64,000 nt of DNA from Mobula hypostoma (taxonomy: Eukaryota). The stretch covers positions 49,354,001-49,418,000 of the forward strand of contig NC_086097.1 of NCBI RefSeq assembly GCF_963921235.1, read 5' to 3'. The notes below the pieces were generated by a model. It did not search any database. It was not told the DNA's origin and saw nothing but the letters and a program-made list of their open reading frames with translations. This document shows, piece by piece, positions 1-12,854 of this stretch (position 1 is the first letter of the stretch; every line of letters begins with the position of its first letter). Position numbers and translations under genes: made by a program.

Positions 1-561
1 GGTAAGGAGATAAGAGAGAGGGAAAAGGAAATGGGAAATGCTGAGGGGGGGGCGCGCGGGGGAAGCATTGCCGGAAGTTCAAGAAATCATGCCTTCAGGT
101 TGGAGGCTACCCAGATGGAACATAAAGTGTTGCTCCTCCACCCCAAGTGTGGCCTCATTATGGGAGCAGAGGGGGCCATGGACTGACATGTCAGAGTGGG
201 AATGGGCAGTGGAATTAAAATGGGTGGCCATCAGAAGATCCTGCTTTTTCTGGCAGATGGAGATAGGTGCTCTGTGAAGCAGTCTCCCAATCTACATTGG
301 GTCTCGCCAATATATAGGAGGCTACACCAGGAGCACTGGACACAGTATATGACCCCAACAGACTCACAGGTGAAGTGTCACCTCATCTGGAAGGACTGTT
401 TGGGCCCTGAATGGTAGTGAGGAAGGAGGTGTAGGGGCAGGTATAGCACTGGTTCTGCTTGCAAGGAAAAGTGCCAGGAGGGCACGAGTGGACAAGGAAG
501 TCGCTTAGGGAGTGATCCCTGCGGGAAGCAAAAAGAGGGGGTGAGGGAAAGATGTGCTTAG

Positions 562-1175
562 TGTTGTGGCGTGAATGAAATCACCCAGAGAGAGAGTTGC
601 TGGTAGATACAAAGCAGCTTCTTTATTCAGCAAAGAAGGTACAGCAGGCATCGAGACCTTTTTGGTGGAAAAGGTCTGCTAGCCCAATGTGGGCTCAATA
701 TTTATTTGCTAAACACAAAGGGCAATCTATATTTACAAAGTATAGATGATGCTTTCTTTTGAAGCTACATGCAAACCATCACACTTTCTGACTTCATCCA
801 TTCCTCCCAACGCCAGCATGTCTGGGCTGGTATTCACAGCCTTTGGAAATGCAAGTTAAATCCACAATACATATATTTGGTATCTTATGTGCTAACATAG
901 TGGACAAATCATATTTACAAAGTATAGATAATGCTGTCTTCGAAACTACCTGTAAACTTCACACTCCCATCCCAGAGGCACCACCAGCATCTGGGTTAGT
1001 ATTTCTGTATTCACAGCTTTTAGGAACAGCATTGTTACAAATGAACTGGGTTCACGGCTTTTAGGAAATGCATTGTTATGAACTCAATCCACAGTACTTT
1101 GTCAAAGGGCAGAGGACTGGTGGCCAAAGTCATTTAAGTGTAAATGAATCATCTACCCAAAAACTCACTCTAACA
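562..1175 (-). mobile_element. Solo LTR, family A
   Basis: Termini TGTTG...TAACA, with a perfect 5-bp TSD CTTAG (557-561 and 1176-1180). Removing it restores the Penelope sequence seen at about 5245. AATAAA lies on the minus strand at about 622-627. A related copy is at 40133-40630. Confidence 0.85.
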
Positions 1176-1292
1176 CTTAGTGGTGGGATCCCATTGGAGT
1201 TGGCAGAAATTATGGACAATTATGTGCTGGATACAAAGGCTAGTGGGGTGGTAGATGAGGACAAGAGGAACCCTATCCCTGGTGTGGCAGAC

Positions 1293-2096
1293 TGTCATAA
1301 GGTGGTGGCTGGACAGACAAGACACAGACACTGAAGTACTAGGGACAGGACTAGGATACAGGGCGATGGCAAGGACATGGACAGGAAAACCAGGAACCTG
1401 GAACAGGACTGGACAAGAGAGCTAGGAGCCCAGGCTTGGACTCCGAGCCAGAGACTGGACAAGGACCCAGTACCTGGGTCTTGCCACTGGCTCAGACCCC
1501 AGAATTAGGCAAGGACAAGGCTCGGCAGGCAGGCAGGACAAAGCTGGGATCTTGAGGCTTGAGGCTAGAGGCTAGAGACTTGGCTTGGCTTGGCAAGAGG
1601 CTAGGCACGAGGCTAGAGGCGCGAGGCTGGAGGCAGGAGACGCGAGGCAAGGTGAGGCTCCTCCTGGGCAGGGCGCAGATCACCACCCGACAGAGACAAG
1701 GGACAGGAAAGGACAGAACCAACCGCAGGTAACAGCAAGACGGCCTGGCTTACCTGGACAGAGGCAAGGAACAGAAAGGGAGCTAGGTACAGGGTGGCTC
1801 CAGGACAAGGCTGCAGGCGAGACAAGGCAGTACAAGAACTACAGGTGAGGCAAGAGTTACCAGCAAGACAAGTCAGGGCTTCAGGCAAGGAAACAGAAGG
1901 CAGAGTAAGGACAAGAACAATCCAGCAGCCACAGCCTGGTCTCTGGAGGTATTTATGCAGCCAGCCCCAACAGGCATCACCTGCCTTAATTAGTGCTTAA
2001 CAGGAACAGAAACGGGGTAGGCAGGAAAACCTGGATCAAGGGTCGATGGACCGGACCATGAACCGGAATACGGATTTCACGGACCGGACTATGACA
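1293..2096 (-). mobile_element. Solo LTR, family B
   Basis: 7-bp inverted termini TGTCATA...TATGACA and a perfect 5-bp TSD CAGAC (1288-1292 and 2097-2101). It holds short GAGGCT-type internal repeats. A related copy in the opposite orientation is at 20158-21347. Confidence 0.85.
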
Positions 2097-2229
2097 CAGA
2101 CGTGTGTGAAATGAAAGAAATGTGGGTGAGGCAGCGTCGATGGTGGAGGAAGGGAAGCCCCTTTCTTTGAAGTAGGAGTACACCTACTTAATTCTGAAAT
2201 GAAAGGCCTCATCCTGAAAAATGGTACTC

Positions 2230-3245
2230 TTTGGGTAGGACTTACACAGAGAACAAAGGGACCTGGGAATTTAAATCAATAATTTCTCAAAAATGGCATC
2301 ACCAGATGGTAAAGAGAGTTTTTGGCACATTGGTCTTAAACCAGAACATTGAGTACAGAAACTGGGATGTTATTTTGATACTGTATAAGATATTGGTGAG
2401 GCCAAATTTAGAGTATTGAGTACAGTTCTGGTTGCCTACCTACAGGAAATAGATCAATAAGTTTGAAAGAGTACTGAAAAAACTCACAAGGATGTAGGTG
2501 GGACTTGAGGACCTGAGTTATAGGGAAATGTTGAACAGGTTTGAACTAGTACCACAAGGAAGGAGGTACAGGAGCATCAGGACTGGAACTGCCAGACCAG
2601 GTAACAGCTTCTTCCCCCAGACTGTGAGAGCCTGCATCACCAAGATCTCATTGCATCAGCAGGACATTCAGCTTTTCACAGCGTGGTTTACTGTTTACCT
2701 GCACTGTGTACTTCATATGCATTTTGAATTATATTTTATTAACTTATTTGTGGTAACATTTTGTTTTGCATGCTCTGTGTGATATACTGTATGTACTGTG
2801 GGTGTACTGTGGTTCAGAAGAGCATTGTTTCATTTGACAGATGACAACAAACTTGAACTTTAACTTGACTTTATTCCCTGGATTGCAGGAGAATGAGGGG
2901 AGACCTTACAGAGATGTACAAAATTATGATGGGTATACATGGGATGAATGCATGCAAACTTTGTCTCTTCATGTTGGATAAGACTAGAACTAGCGGTCAT
3001 AGGTTTAAGGTGAAAGGTAAAATATTTATGTGTAACATGAGGGTGAACTTCTTCATTCCGAAGATGGTGAGAGTTTGGAATGAGCTGCCAGCAGAAGTGG
3101 TAGAAGCAAGTTCAATTGTAACATTTAAGAGAATGAGTGGTTATGGTCTGGGTGCAGGAAGATGAGTCTAGTCAGAAGATCAGGCTGGCAGAGACTAGAT
3201 GGACAAAAGGGTCTGTTTCTGTGTTGTAGTTCTTTATGATTCTAT
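2230..3245 (+). mobile_element. CR1 LINE 3' fragment, interrupted by a Rex/Babar-like 3' piece
   Basis: Peptides LYKILVRPNLEY, LEDLSYREMLNR, MRGDLTEMYKIM and RVWNELP are typical of the CR1 ORF2 C-terminus. Confidence 0.85.
2548..2866 (+). mobile_element. Rex/Babar-like LINE 3' end nested in CR1
   Basis: Reads GRRYRSIRTGTARPGNSFFPQTVR, followed by a 3' UTR and an (ACTTGA)n-like tail. The CR1 resumes after it. Confidence 0.65.
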
Positions 3246-4564
3246 AAAGCTATGCAATTAAGGATGGGCAATAAATACCGACCGGACCGGCAAAGCCTGG
3301 ATCCCACAGAAGGATTTTTTTTTTAAATGTCACCAACATTTATTGCTTTTTTTAAGTAAACCTATAAAATAGAAATGTTAGGCTAGGGAAATGCTGTTAA
3401 AGTGATGCATTCCTAAAGCAAAGTGGGTTTAGCCATCAAAGATGGTTTCTGCAATTTTCTGCTGCTTACAGGCTCTCCATAAGTTGCATTACACCACCCC
3501 ACGCCATCAAGTAACAGTACTAGATGATAGACCACACTCCATTTTCCACCTGAACCCCAGCCTGCAGTCCAACTTCAGCATGAAACCTAGTTTCAAAAAA
3601 AAGACATACTACCGTGCACACAATTCAATTCAGAGCTAAGGTAGCACTTCAGGCAATTCTAATCTAATCTAAACTATGCTTTACCATTTTAAGCTTCAAC
3701 ATAGTATTTTATGCACAGACATTCACAAAGAAAGTCACCCTTTATATTAATTTATAATTTACTTTTTGACTGTAAATGTAGGAAAGTGGGTCTTTCCTTA
3801 CGATCTGGGGCAGAAGTATGTTGCATACTCACTCATATCACCAAAGCAATTGCATGCCTATTCCATTTTATTTTGAGTCAATTTGCATTACATCTGATAC
3901 ATATCCAACATTAGAGTGAGCTTCAAATGCATAATGCTCTAAGGAGATACTCAAGGACAAAGAGCTTGCAAATTTATAACTTATTTACTCATGGGGATTT
4001 CATTGTCCGCTCAACCTGAATAGCTACATATCATTGCAGGAATAAAAATTATAATCTTATATTAAAATTAAGTGAGTGCTCATTTGAATGGTGCATTCTA
4101 TTAGTAACATTGTGAATGAAGGGAATTACTAATCTTGTTTACAATTCCAGTACATTTTTCATGTGTTGCAGTGTTTCTGATCAATCACATTTACATTAAG
4201 TTCACGACAACAGCACCACACTTGTACAGCTACTATAAAACTTTAAAAATAAATGTATGAGGTGAATACTCAATAACATATTTAATATTGACCATGCAAA
4301 TTCTGATAATGAACTTAATGATAAAAATTGAAATATTATTGATGCCCACTTTTGTACCCATTGACCTTTAACTTATGATATCATCTCATACATATTCAAT
4401 AGTTTTCCCAGAGATCAATGCAGAGGTGACCAATGGCTGATGAATTCATTCCATCTACCTGATCATGTGACCATTAGGTCCAGCCCATTTTGACGCTTGG
4501 GCTTCGTTTGCATTTCACTGGTGGGCTGTTCACCTACGGTGAGCACTCTGACAATATTTTTGAT

Positions 4565-5631
4565 AAACAAGAGAAAATCAGCAGATGCTGGAAATCCAAT
4601 CAACACACACAAACTGCTGGAGGAACTCAGCAGGCCAGGCAGCATCTATGGAAAAGAGTACACTCATTCTTTCAGGCTGAGACTCTTCATCGGAACTGGA
4701 GAAAAAAGAATGGCGGTGGTGGGGGAGTTGGGAGGGAGATGGTTGCAGTTACCAGTAGTTTGAGAAATCGATGCTCATGCGATCAGTTTGGAGGCTACCC
4801 AGATGGAATATAAGGTGTTGCTCCTCCAACCTGAGTGTGGCTTCATTATGGCAGTAGAGGAGGCCATGGTGGGAATGTCAGGGTGGGAATGGGCAGTGGA
4901 ATTAAAATGGGTGACCACCGGGAGATCTCGCTTTTTCTGGCAGACAGAGAGTAGGTGCTCAGTGAAGTGGTCTCCCAGTCTCACTGACATACAGGAGGCC
5001 ACACCGGGAGCACCGGACACAGTATATGACCCCAACAGACTCACAGGTGAAGTGTAGCCTCATCTGGAAGGACTGTTTGGGGCCCTGAATGGCAGTGAGG
5101 GAGGAGGTGTAGGGGCAGGTGTGGCATTTGTTCTGCTTGCAAGAAAAAGTGCCAGGATGAAGATAATGGGGAGGGACGAGTGGAAAAAGGAGTTGCTTAG
5201 GGAGTGATCTCTGTGGAAAGCAAAAAGTGGGGATGAGGGAATGATGTACTTAGTGGTGGGATCCCGTTGGAGTTGGTGGTAATTATGGTGAATTATGTGC
5301 TAGATGAGGAAGCTAGTGGGGTGGTAGGTGAGGACAAGAGGAACCCTGTCCCTGGTGTGGTGGCAGGAGGGCAGACGTGCACAAAATGGAAGAGATGCTG
5401 TTGAGGGAAAGACATGCTTGGAGGTAGGAGCCGTCATTACCCCTCCCCCTCTCCCGGTCTCACCTGTCAACTGCTACCTTGTATTTCTTCCTCCCCTCCC
5501 CCCACATTCGGACTTCCCATTTTTTTTCTCCAACTCTGATGAAGGGTATCAACCCAAAATATCGATTGTTTACTCTTTTCCATAGACGCTGCCTGGCTTG
5601 CTGAGTTCCTCCAGCATTTTATGTTTGTTGC
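4565..5631 (-). mobile_element. Penelope-like element with inverted pseudo-LTR ends and a 13-bp TSD
   Basis: GIY-YIG remnant (RLGDHFTEHL...HFNSTAHSH). The two ends are reverse complements of each other. Flanked by the direct repeat CAATATTTTTGAT (4552-4564 and 5632-5644). Confidence 0.85.
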
Positions 5632-5714
5632 CAATATTTTTGATGTTCATTTCAGAAATATAGAATGAATATATTCACTGGAGGAAGTTTTTGTATTTCA
5701 TGATGAGTACTGAA

Positions 5715-7130
5715 TTATTTTATGGCTACTCCCTCTGCAACCAGATTCTGAACTTGCTAATTGGAAGACTACAGTTAGTACAGTTTAGTGGTAACACCTT
5801 CTCCTTGCTGACATCAACACAAGTACACCTCAAGGGTGTGTGCTTAGCCCACTGCTGTACTCTCCACACTCCTGACTGTGTGGCTGGGCACAGCTCGAGT
5901 ACAATCTATAAATTTGCAGATGACACCACTGTTGTTGGTAAAATCTCAGATGACATGGAGTAGGCGTAGAGAACTGAGGTAGCTTGGGTTGTTGAGTGGC
6001 GTCACAATGACAACCTCGCACTCAGCATCAGCAGATCCAAGGAACTGACTGTGGACTTCAGGAAGGAGAAGTCAAGAGAACACACACCAGTGCTCAGTGA
6101 GGGGTCAGCATTGGAAAGGATTTAAAAAAGGTAAATTCCTGGATCTCAACATCTCAGTGGATCTGTCCTGGACCCAACACATTGATGCAATTATGAAGAA
6201 GGCATGTCCGTGGCTCTGGTTCGTTCCTGTCAGTGACAGGAATTAAACCCTAATTGCTGGTGTTGTAAAGCGTTATGCTAATCACCTCGCTAATGTGCCA
6301 CCCAGATTTCTATAAATGATTAGCCAGGGCATCAAAAAGTATGGGGAAAAGGTAGGGGAGTGAAGATGACTGAAAGAATTGGATCAGTTCATGATTGAAT
6401 GGCAGAGCAGACTTGATAGACCGAATGGCCTACTTCTGCTCCTACATCAAAGGTTCAAAGGTCCAAAGGTCCAATTTAAAGTCAGAGAAATGTATACCAT
6501 GTACATCCTGAAATGCTTTTTCTTTGCAAACATTCACAAAACACCCAAAGTACCCAAAGAATAAACGACACTTAAACGTGAGAACCCCAAACTAAACTCC
6601 CCCCCCCCATCCTCACGTGTAAGCGGCAGCAAGCAACAATCCCCCCTCCCCCCAGTGGCAAAAAAAAAGTAAGCATCATCAACCTATGGTCTTATGGTAA
6701 ATACATGGTGGTGAGCATTGTGACTGGTTGCATCACACTCTATAGAGATTCCAACACACTGGATCACAAGAGACTACAAGGGCTTGTAGAGCCAGCCAGC
6801 TGCATCACAGATACAACCCTCCCCACCATCAAGAACATCTTGAAAAGTTGCATCAAGAAGATGGCATCCATAATTATGGACCCTTACCATCTGGGACCTG
6901 CCCTCTTCTCATTATTCCCATCCAGAAGGCTAGGGAGCCTGAAGACCCACACTCAGTGATTCACAAACAGCTTCTCTGCCTTCATCAGATTTTTGTACAG
7001 ACCATGAATCATTATTCCTTTCATTTCCACTGTTCATTTAGTTTTATAGCTAATAGCTTTTATCTCTTTGTATTATTCTGTCACAAAGTAACAAATTTCA
7101 TGTCATACATCATTGATAATAAATCATTCT
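5715..7130 (+). mobile_element. Rex/Babar-like LINE RT fragment, with nested SINE, CR1 and other 3' fragments at about 6230-6700
   Basis: Reads LCNQILNLL...DCVAGHSSSTIYKFADDTTVVGKIS, then SIVTGCI...DHKRLQ after the nested block. Confidence 0.75.
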
Positions 7131-7169
7131 GCTGACAGTGTTGGCCAGTGAGCAATTCCTATCTGCTGT

Positions 7170-7680
7170 GTTTGGCCCATAACCCTCTAAACTTCTCCAA
7201 TCTATGTATTTACTGTACAGCTTTTAAATATTGTTCAACCATTATTTCCAACAGCTCATTCCAAATATGTACTACCCTTTCCCTCAGGAAGCTGCCCTGC
7301 TGAATATATGACATAATTCACCTCTGATCTTCAACTGATGCCCTCTTGTTTTCAGCATCCACTCCCTGGAAAAAAGGCTGTGTGCTTTCACCCTGTCTAT
7401 GCTCCATATAGGTTTATATACCTCTATCCGATCTTCCCTCAATCTACTATTTTCCAGGGAATGAAGATCTGGTCTTCACAACCTCTCCTTGTAACTTAGG
7501 ACCCAAGTCCAGGCAACATCCTGGTAAATCTTTTCGGTACAATACTCTAAATGCAGGACCACCAACATATCATGTAACTGCAGTATGAAGTCCTAATTCC
7601 AGTACTCAATGCCCTGACTGATGAAGGCCAGCATACTATACACCTTTTTCATCACCCTGTCTACATGTGATGCTGCTTTC
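7170..7680 (-). mobile_element. Degraded CR1 3' fragment
   Basis: Reverse-complement similarity to other CR1 3' ends in the window (for example CCAGGCAACATCCTGGTAAATC, cf. 54287). Confidence 0.65.
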
Positions 7681-7682
7681 AG

Positions 7683-7772
7683 CGAAGGGTCTCTGCCCGA
7701 AACATCAACTATTTACTCTTTTCCATAGATGCTGTCTGGCCCCCTGAGTCCTTCCAGCATTTTGTGTGTGTT
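7683..7772 (+). repeat. Penelope pseudo-LTR fragment
   Basis: GAAGGGTCTCTGCCCGAAACATCAAC...CCATAGATGCTG matches 5540-5630. Confidence 0.7.
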
Positions 7773-8421
7773 CACCTAGTTCGTTTTTTTTTGGATAAAT
7801 TTGCTGCAAGTAGCCTGCCAACACATGGTGTTTTGCAAAGGAAATATGGTCCATTGGATGTTGTACAAAAATGCTGTGGCTATGTGTAGAACTCATGCCA
7901 ATAAAAACAGGCATTTCAGAAGAAAAAGAAATATTTTGAGAAAGAATGTGTTTCCAATTTTTAAATAAAATATATATTTTTCCTCTGTAGAACTTGCTTA
8001 GTGAGTATGAGTGCAATTTAGTTCGTAGCAGTCAGTGAAACTCTTCTGAACGCTAGGCATTATCAGACATGTTCGTTTGCATAAGTATTTTAAAAAAAGG
8101 CATTGCGTGCCTGTTTTTGTGAAGTTTAAAGGCCCTTTGACACCATTCAAAAAAAGAGTCATAGATTCGCTTAGTACCCTGACCTAGATTCCTTCTGATA
8201 TCCTCACCAATATTTGTCCCTCAGCCAGCAAAAGACTTAACTAGTCTTTTCCTGATCAGTATTGCTAGGTTTAATTTGAACATTGGCTGCTGTCCAATAA
8301 TCAATTATAGGAGATATATAGGTATGACTAAGTTGTATGTCAACACAGGTTTTACAGACTGGATTTTATATTCACTGAGCTTTTAACATACCAAAATTAT
8401 GTCCAACTCTCAAGATTCTAG

Positions 8422-8501
8422 CAGGGGTCCCCAATCTTTTTCATGCCATGGACCCCTACCGTCAACCAAAGTGTCCATGAACCCCAGGTTGGGAACCCCT
8501 G
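8422..8501. mobile_element. hAT-type MITE
   Basis: TIRs CAGGGGTCCCCAA...TTGGGAACCCCTG. A related inverted copy is at 36204-36281. No convincing TSD. Confidence 0.7.
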
Positions 8502-9834
8502 AATGTCAGGTTACTTGATGATTATGATTCGAATATAGAACTGTCCCCCTATCCCCAATGTATTTTAGTTGTTTAAGAAATAGACAGAAACCTTACTCTG
8601 TGTAATGAGCTCAAACAGAAAGCAAAGGAATTTATTAGAATGTTTAAAGTTAGAACATTATCTGGCATTGACTATACATAAAGTGTGCAGAACAATTTTA
8701 AAACAAAATATTCTAATAATGCATTATATAAAGGTAAACTTGAGCAAAGCCTGTCTCAGGTATTGTTACGAATCATACAGAAGACATTAAGCTGAGCTGA
8801 GGAATTCATAGTGGAACAGCAAGCAGTGAAAAGAAGAAGCATTATGCACCATTGCACTGATACCTAATATCCTTGCAAATCAGTTTTAACAAATAACCCA
8901 CTTTCCCTACAATCTTACTGAATAAATGAAGACCTGTAACAGGGAGTGGCTTGAGGCTTCTGACTAATAGGGTTGAGAGGGAAAATGAATGGTGGTGCAG
9001 ACGCAATTTGCGGGATGTCCTAATTCTGCTCCCATGTCTTATGGTCAACATATTCAGGGAGGTCCATCTGTTCCATAAAACTCTCGAGGGCCCTGCCATT
9101 TACTGCCCAAGTCTGTTTAAAATGCAATACCTCATTTTTATCTGGAATGAAAACTATTTGCCAATCCTTGCTCAAAATAGCTCACTGACCAAAAACCTCC
9201 TATATTTTTCATAACCTTCTACACTATTTACCACACCACCTGTTTTAGTATCATCTACAAACTGACTAACCATGCCTTGTACATGCCTCTTAAGACAAGC
9301 TCACTTGTTTCTTCAACCACTAGGAAAGAGAAACAAGATAAGGAGGGCGCTCGTGGCTAAACAGCATTTCACTACAACAAAAAAAAATACCATTTCTACC
9401 AATGTAGATCTCTAAGAAGAGGCAGTGGTAGGGACAGGGAGGATCAATGCATTAATGCCCTCACAGACAGAAAGCAAGCAATTCAGATCTTGGGAGGAGG
9501 AACATGGACTGGTCCTGGTGAGATTGATGAAATGTAACATCAGGGACATCAGCTTTTGGAGTTGTGTTCAGCTTGGTTAACATGAACTGTCACCCATTTC
9601 TTCATGAATTGTTCCTTTTCTCCCTTCTCTAGATTTTTCTTGCCCTCAACTACAGCAAAGACCAAAGGCGAACAGAACCTCTCATAAATGTGCCATTACT
9701 CACCACATAACTTGCAGCAGAAGTACAATTGTTAGGTCAGGTCTGACCCGGAAGGGAATTTCTTTGCACAAGTAAATGCCTAAAGGAGATGGAAGGGAAG
9801 GCAAGAACCTGGCTTCCTATCAAATCACAGGAGG

Positions 9835-10912
9835 AATCAATACCTGTACTATATCATGCTCCTTTCATCCTCTTCAGGTCCGCCACATTTATTATAAACA
9901 CTGGTGCTCCACAAGTTTGCATCCTCAGCCCCTACCCCACTCCCTGTACCTCATGGCTGTGCAGCCAGATTCTGCCCTAACTCCAGCAAATGGAGTCTGT
10001 AGATGACACCACTGTACTGGACAGTATCTCAAATAATGACAAGTCATAGTACAGGAAGGAGTTAAAGAGCTTCGTGACATGGTGTCATGATAACAACCCT
10101 TCCCTTAGCATCGGCAAACCGAAAGAATTAGGGCTTATTCCATGCTGTATCTCAAAATAAAATAAAAGTTAGCCATTGACTTCAGAAAGGGAGGTGGTGC
10201 ACATGCTCCTGTCTACATCAAGGTTGTTGAGGTTGAGAGGGTCAAAAACATCATGTTCCTAGGTGTGAACATCACCTGATTGGCTTGTCCTGGCCAAGAA
10301 AGTTCATCAATGCCTCTACTTTCTCGGGAGGCTAAAGAAATTTGTCATGTCCCCATCAACATTTACCAATTTTTAGCAATGCCCCATAGAAAGCATTCTC
10401 TCTGGATGCATAACAGGTTGGTATGGCAACTGCTCTGCACATGACCACGAGCAACTAGAGAGAGTTGGGGACACAGATCAGCGCACCACAGGAACCAGCC
10501 TCAGCTTTGTCTGTACTCCACACTGCCTCTGTAAAGCAGCCAGCGTAATCAAAGTGCCCACCCTCCTTGGACATTTTCTCTTCTCCTTTCTCCCAACAGA
10601 CAGAAGATACAAAAGCCTGGAAGTACCAGACTCAAGGACAGCTTCTTTCCCACTGTTACCGGACTCTTAACAGACCTCTTGTATGGTAAGATGATCTTTG
10701 GTCTCACAACCTACCTTGTTATCATCTTGCACTTTAGTGTTTACCTGCACTGCATTTTTTCAGCAGCTCTTACACTTCATTGTCATTGTCATTGATTTAC
10801 CTTACTCTAGCTCAATGTATCATGTAATGATTTGATTTCTGCAACAGTTTGCAAGTCAAATGTTTCACTGTAACTTGGTACATGTGACAGTAATAAACCA
10901 AACCAAACCAAA
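9835..10912 (+). mobile_element. Rex/Babar-like LINE 3' half, degraded
   Basis: Reads INTGAPQVCILSP, DDTT and ESILSGCITGWYGNCS, and ends in AATAAA plus an (ACCAA)n tail. Confidence 0.75.
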
Positions 10913-12464
10913 CCTTGTCACCATTCTAGCACTGTGGTTCCTTGTCTATGTTTCTTCAACCACTCCTCTCAAGCCCCTGGCTTCCTCCATGAGGACAAAG
11001 GCAGCAGATGCATCAAAACATCACTGCCCACAGATTTCCAACCACACCACACACCGTCCCTCTGAGGAAATACATCATCAGTTCTCCATTGTCACTGGGT
11101 CTAAATCAGAGAACCTTCTGTAGCAAATGCAATGGCCAGTCACCACCACCTCCTTGATGAGCATTTTGGGATGTGCAAAAGATGCTGCCTTATCAAGTAC
11201 ATCCAGATACGAAAAGTGAATAAAGAAAGCCACAACTATCCAGTTTGACCCTTGCAACAACTCCCCTACTGACCTCCCAATCCAATACCAATGTCCCATA
11301 TTGACCTTCATCAGATTTTCCCACAAACTTCCAGATGACCCTTACCCCAATCATCCCCAGTCAACCTCCCAGCCCAACAAAGGCACAGACTTCCCTAATG
11401 GGAGCCAGTCCTAGCCCACATAAGCCTTCTATTGAGCTTCCAGCCCAACCTTTACCCAAACCATATTACCAATCTCATAGTCTGACTACTCAATCCCCGA
11501 CTGAATTCCAAGACTGACCCTTGCCCTGAGCCCTTCACTAACCTCCCAGTTCAATTCCTTATTACAATCCCAAACAAGTAAATAGTGATCTCCTCCACAG
11601 CTGACTAAATCACTATCAATCTAGAACCTAGTTCACTCAATCAATGACTGGCCTTCCTTCACCCAGGAATCAACCCATAACACACATGCAAGATCCAAGT
11701 ATAAACATTCCTTCATGCCAGCATCATATAAGAGCTTTTCAAAGCATAAGGCCTATTCCACAGCTTCGGGCTTCATGCACCATTTAATCTTGCTGCCTTT
11801 CAAATAAGACATTCCTTAGCCCACCATGCTGTGGCCCATTAATACATCAAAATAAGCATCATTCATCTTCTGAATGGCTTCTGTTTTATGTTTACAAATT
11901 TTCAGAATTTTTTTTGGCTTTTACTTGAATTGTCAACTTCAGACATGGTGCAGTTTTATAATGTTTCATTAGCTTCAGTGAGTAGAAGTATAAATTTGTG
12001 GATGAACACAGGAATATTTTAAAATAAAGGCAACATTTTATTTAATTTAGGGGTTTTTTTTAAATAGCATTCATTACAAGTTAGAGTGAGAATGAAAATC
12101 GTAAGGTTTTCATCATCCATATAACCTGTTATCATGCTTCCTATGTAAACACATACACCCAGATAACAAAGCTAGATAACATCTAATGACAACACAAACA
12201 TTGGTGTTACTAATCTCATCTACCTGCATTAGTAATATTGGCAATGCAGAATATGAAAAGAAAACTAAATAAATGGAGAGTAAAATACAAGGATAATATT
12301 CTTCTCTCACTAACTAGAGTAACATTGAATATTAGCAAAACAATATTTTTGCCACTTGTATGATGAGATTTTGTTAATCAAGACCTAATTACTGATTTTA
12401 GGGTTTTTGAAGCCCATGTGTCCACTGTTGTTAAAGGTTCTGTCTGCCTCATATTTATTTGCAA

Positions 12465-12682
12465 AACACAAATTCTGGAAGAACTCAGCGGGTCAGGCAG
12501 CATCTATGGAGGAAGATGGATATTTGATGTTCAAGTCAAGATTCTTTATTGTGACTGATGAGGGGTCTGAACCTGAAACATCAACTGTCCATTTCCCTCC
12601 AGAGACGCTGCCACTCCCACTGAGTTCCTCCATCATTATGTCTATTGCCACAGATGTTCAACATCTGCAGTCTCTCTCATGT
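12465..12682. repeat. Fold-back element made of two inverted Penelope pseudo-LTR halves
   Basis: The left arm (GAACTCAGCGGGTCAGGCAGCATCTATGG) and right arm (CCAGAGACGCTGCC...CTGAGTTCCTCC) are inverted about a centre near 12552. Confidence 0.7.
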
Positions 12683-12854
12683 CCCATTACTTATTAATAC
12701 TCTGCCGCCTATAGTTTCTCATGATGCAAAGTACACCAACCTAATGGCAATGCTCTCGTATTTTAGCATTATGTAATCAACTGATAAATAGCAAGTAATA
12801 TTTGTGCCATTAAAATACTGGGCAATAATCATCTGTAGCAACAGGGAGTTTAAT

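Larger units (their letters stand above)
1..2217 (-). mobile_element. Penelope-like retroelement fragment (RT C-terminus plus GIY-YIG endonuclease), interrupted by two solo LTRs
   Basis: The minus strand reads VIYCVQCSWCSLLYIGETQCRLGDCFTEHL (about 265-355; GIY-YIG signature) and YFKERGFPSSTIDAA (about 2130-2175). It is colinear with the uninterrupted copy at 4780-5410. Confidence 0.85.

Noticed and set aside
1492..2000. Several overlapping ORFs of 68-91 aa on both strands
   Set aside because: They lie within a GC-rich, internally repetitive solo LTR and show no protein motif.
11240..11690. C/A-rich quasi-periodic stretch with a Pro-rich ORF
   Set aside because: Low complexity with no definable unit or spacers; not an array and not a credible exon.
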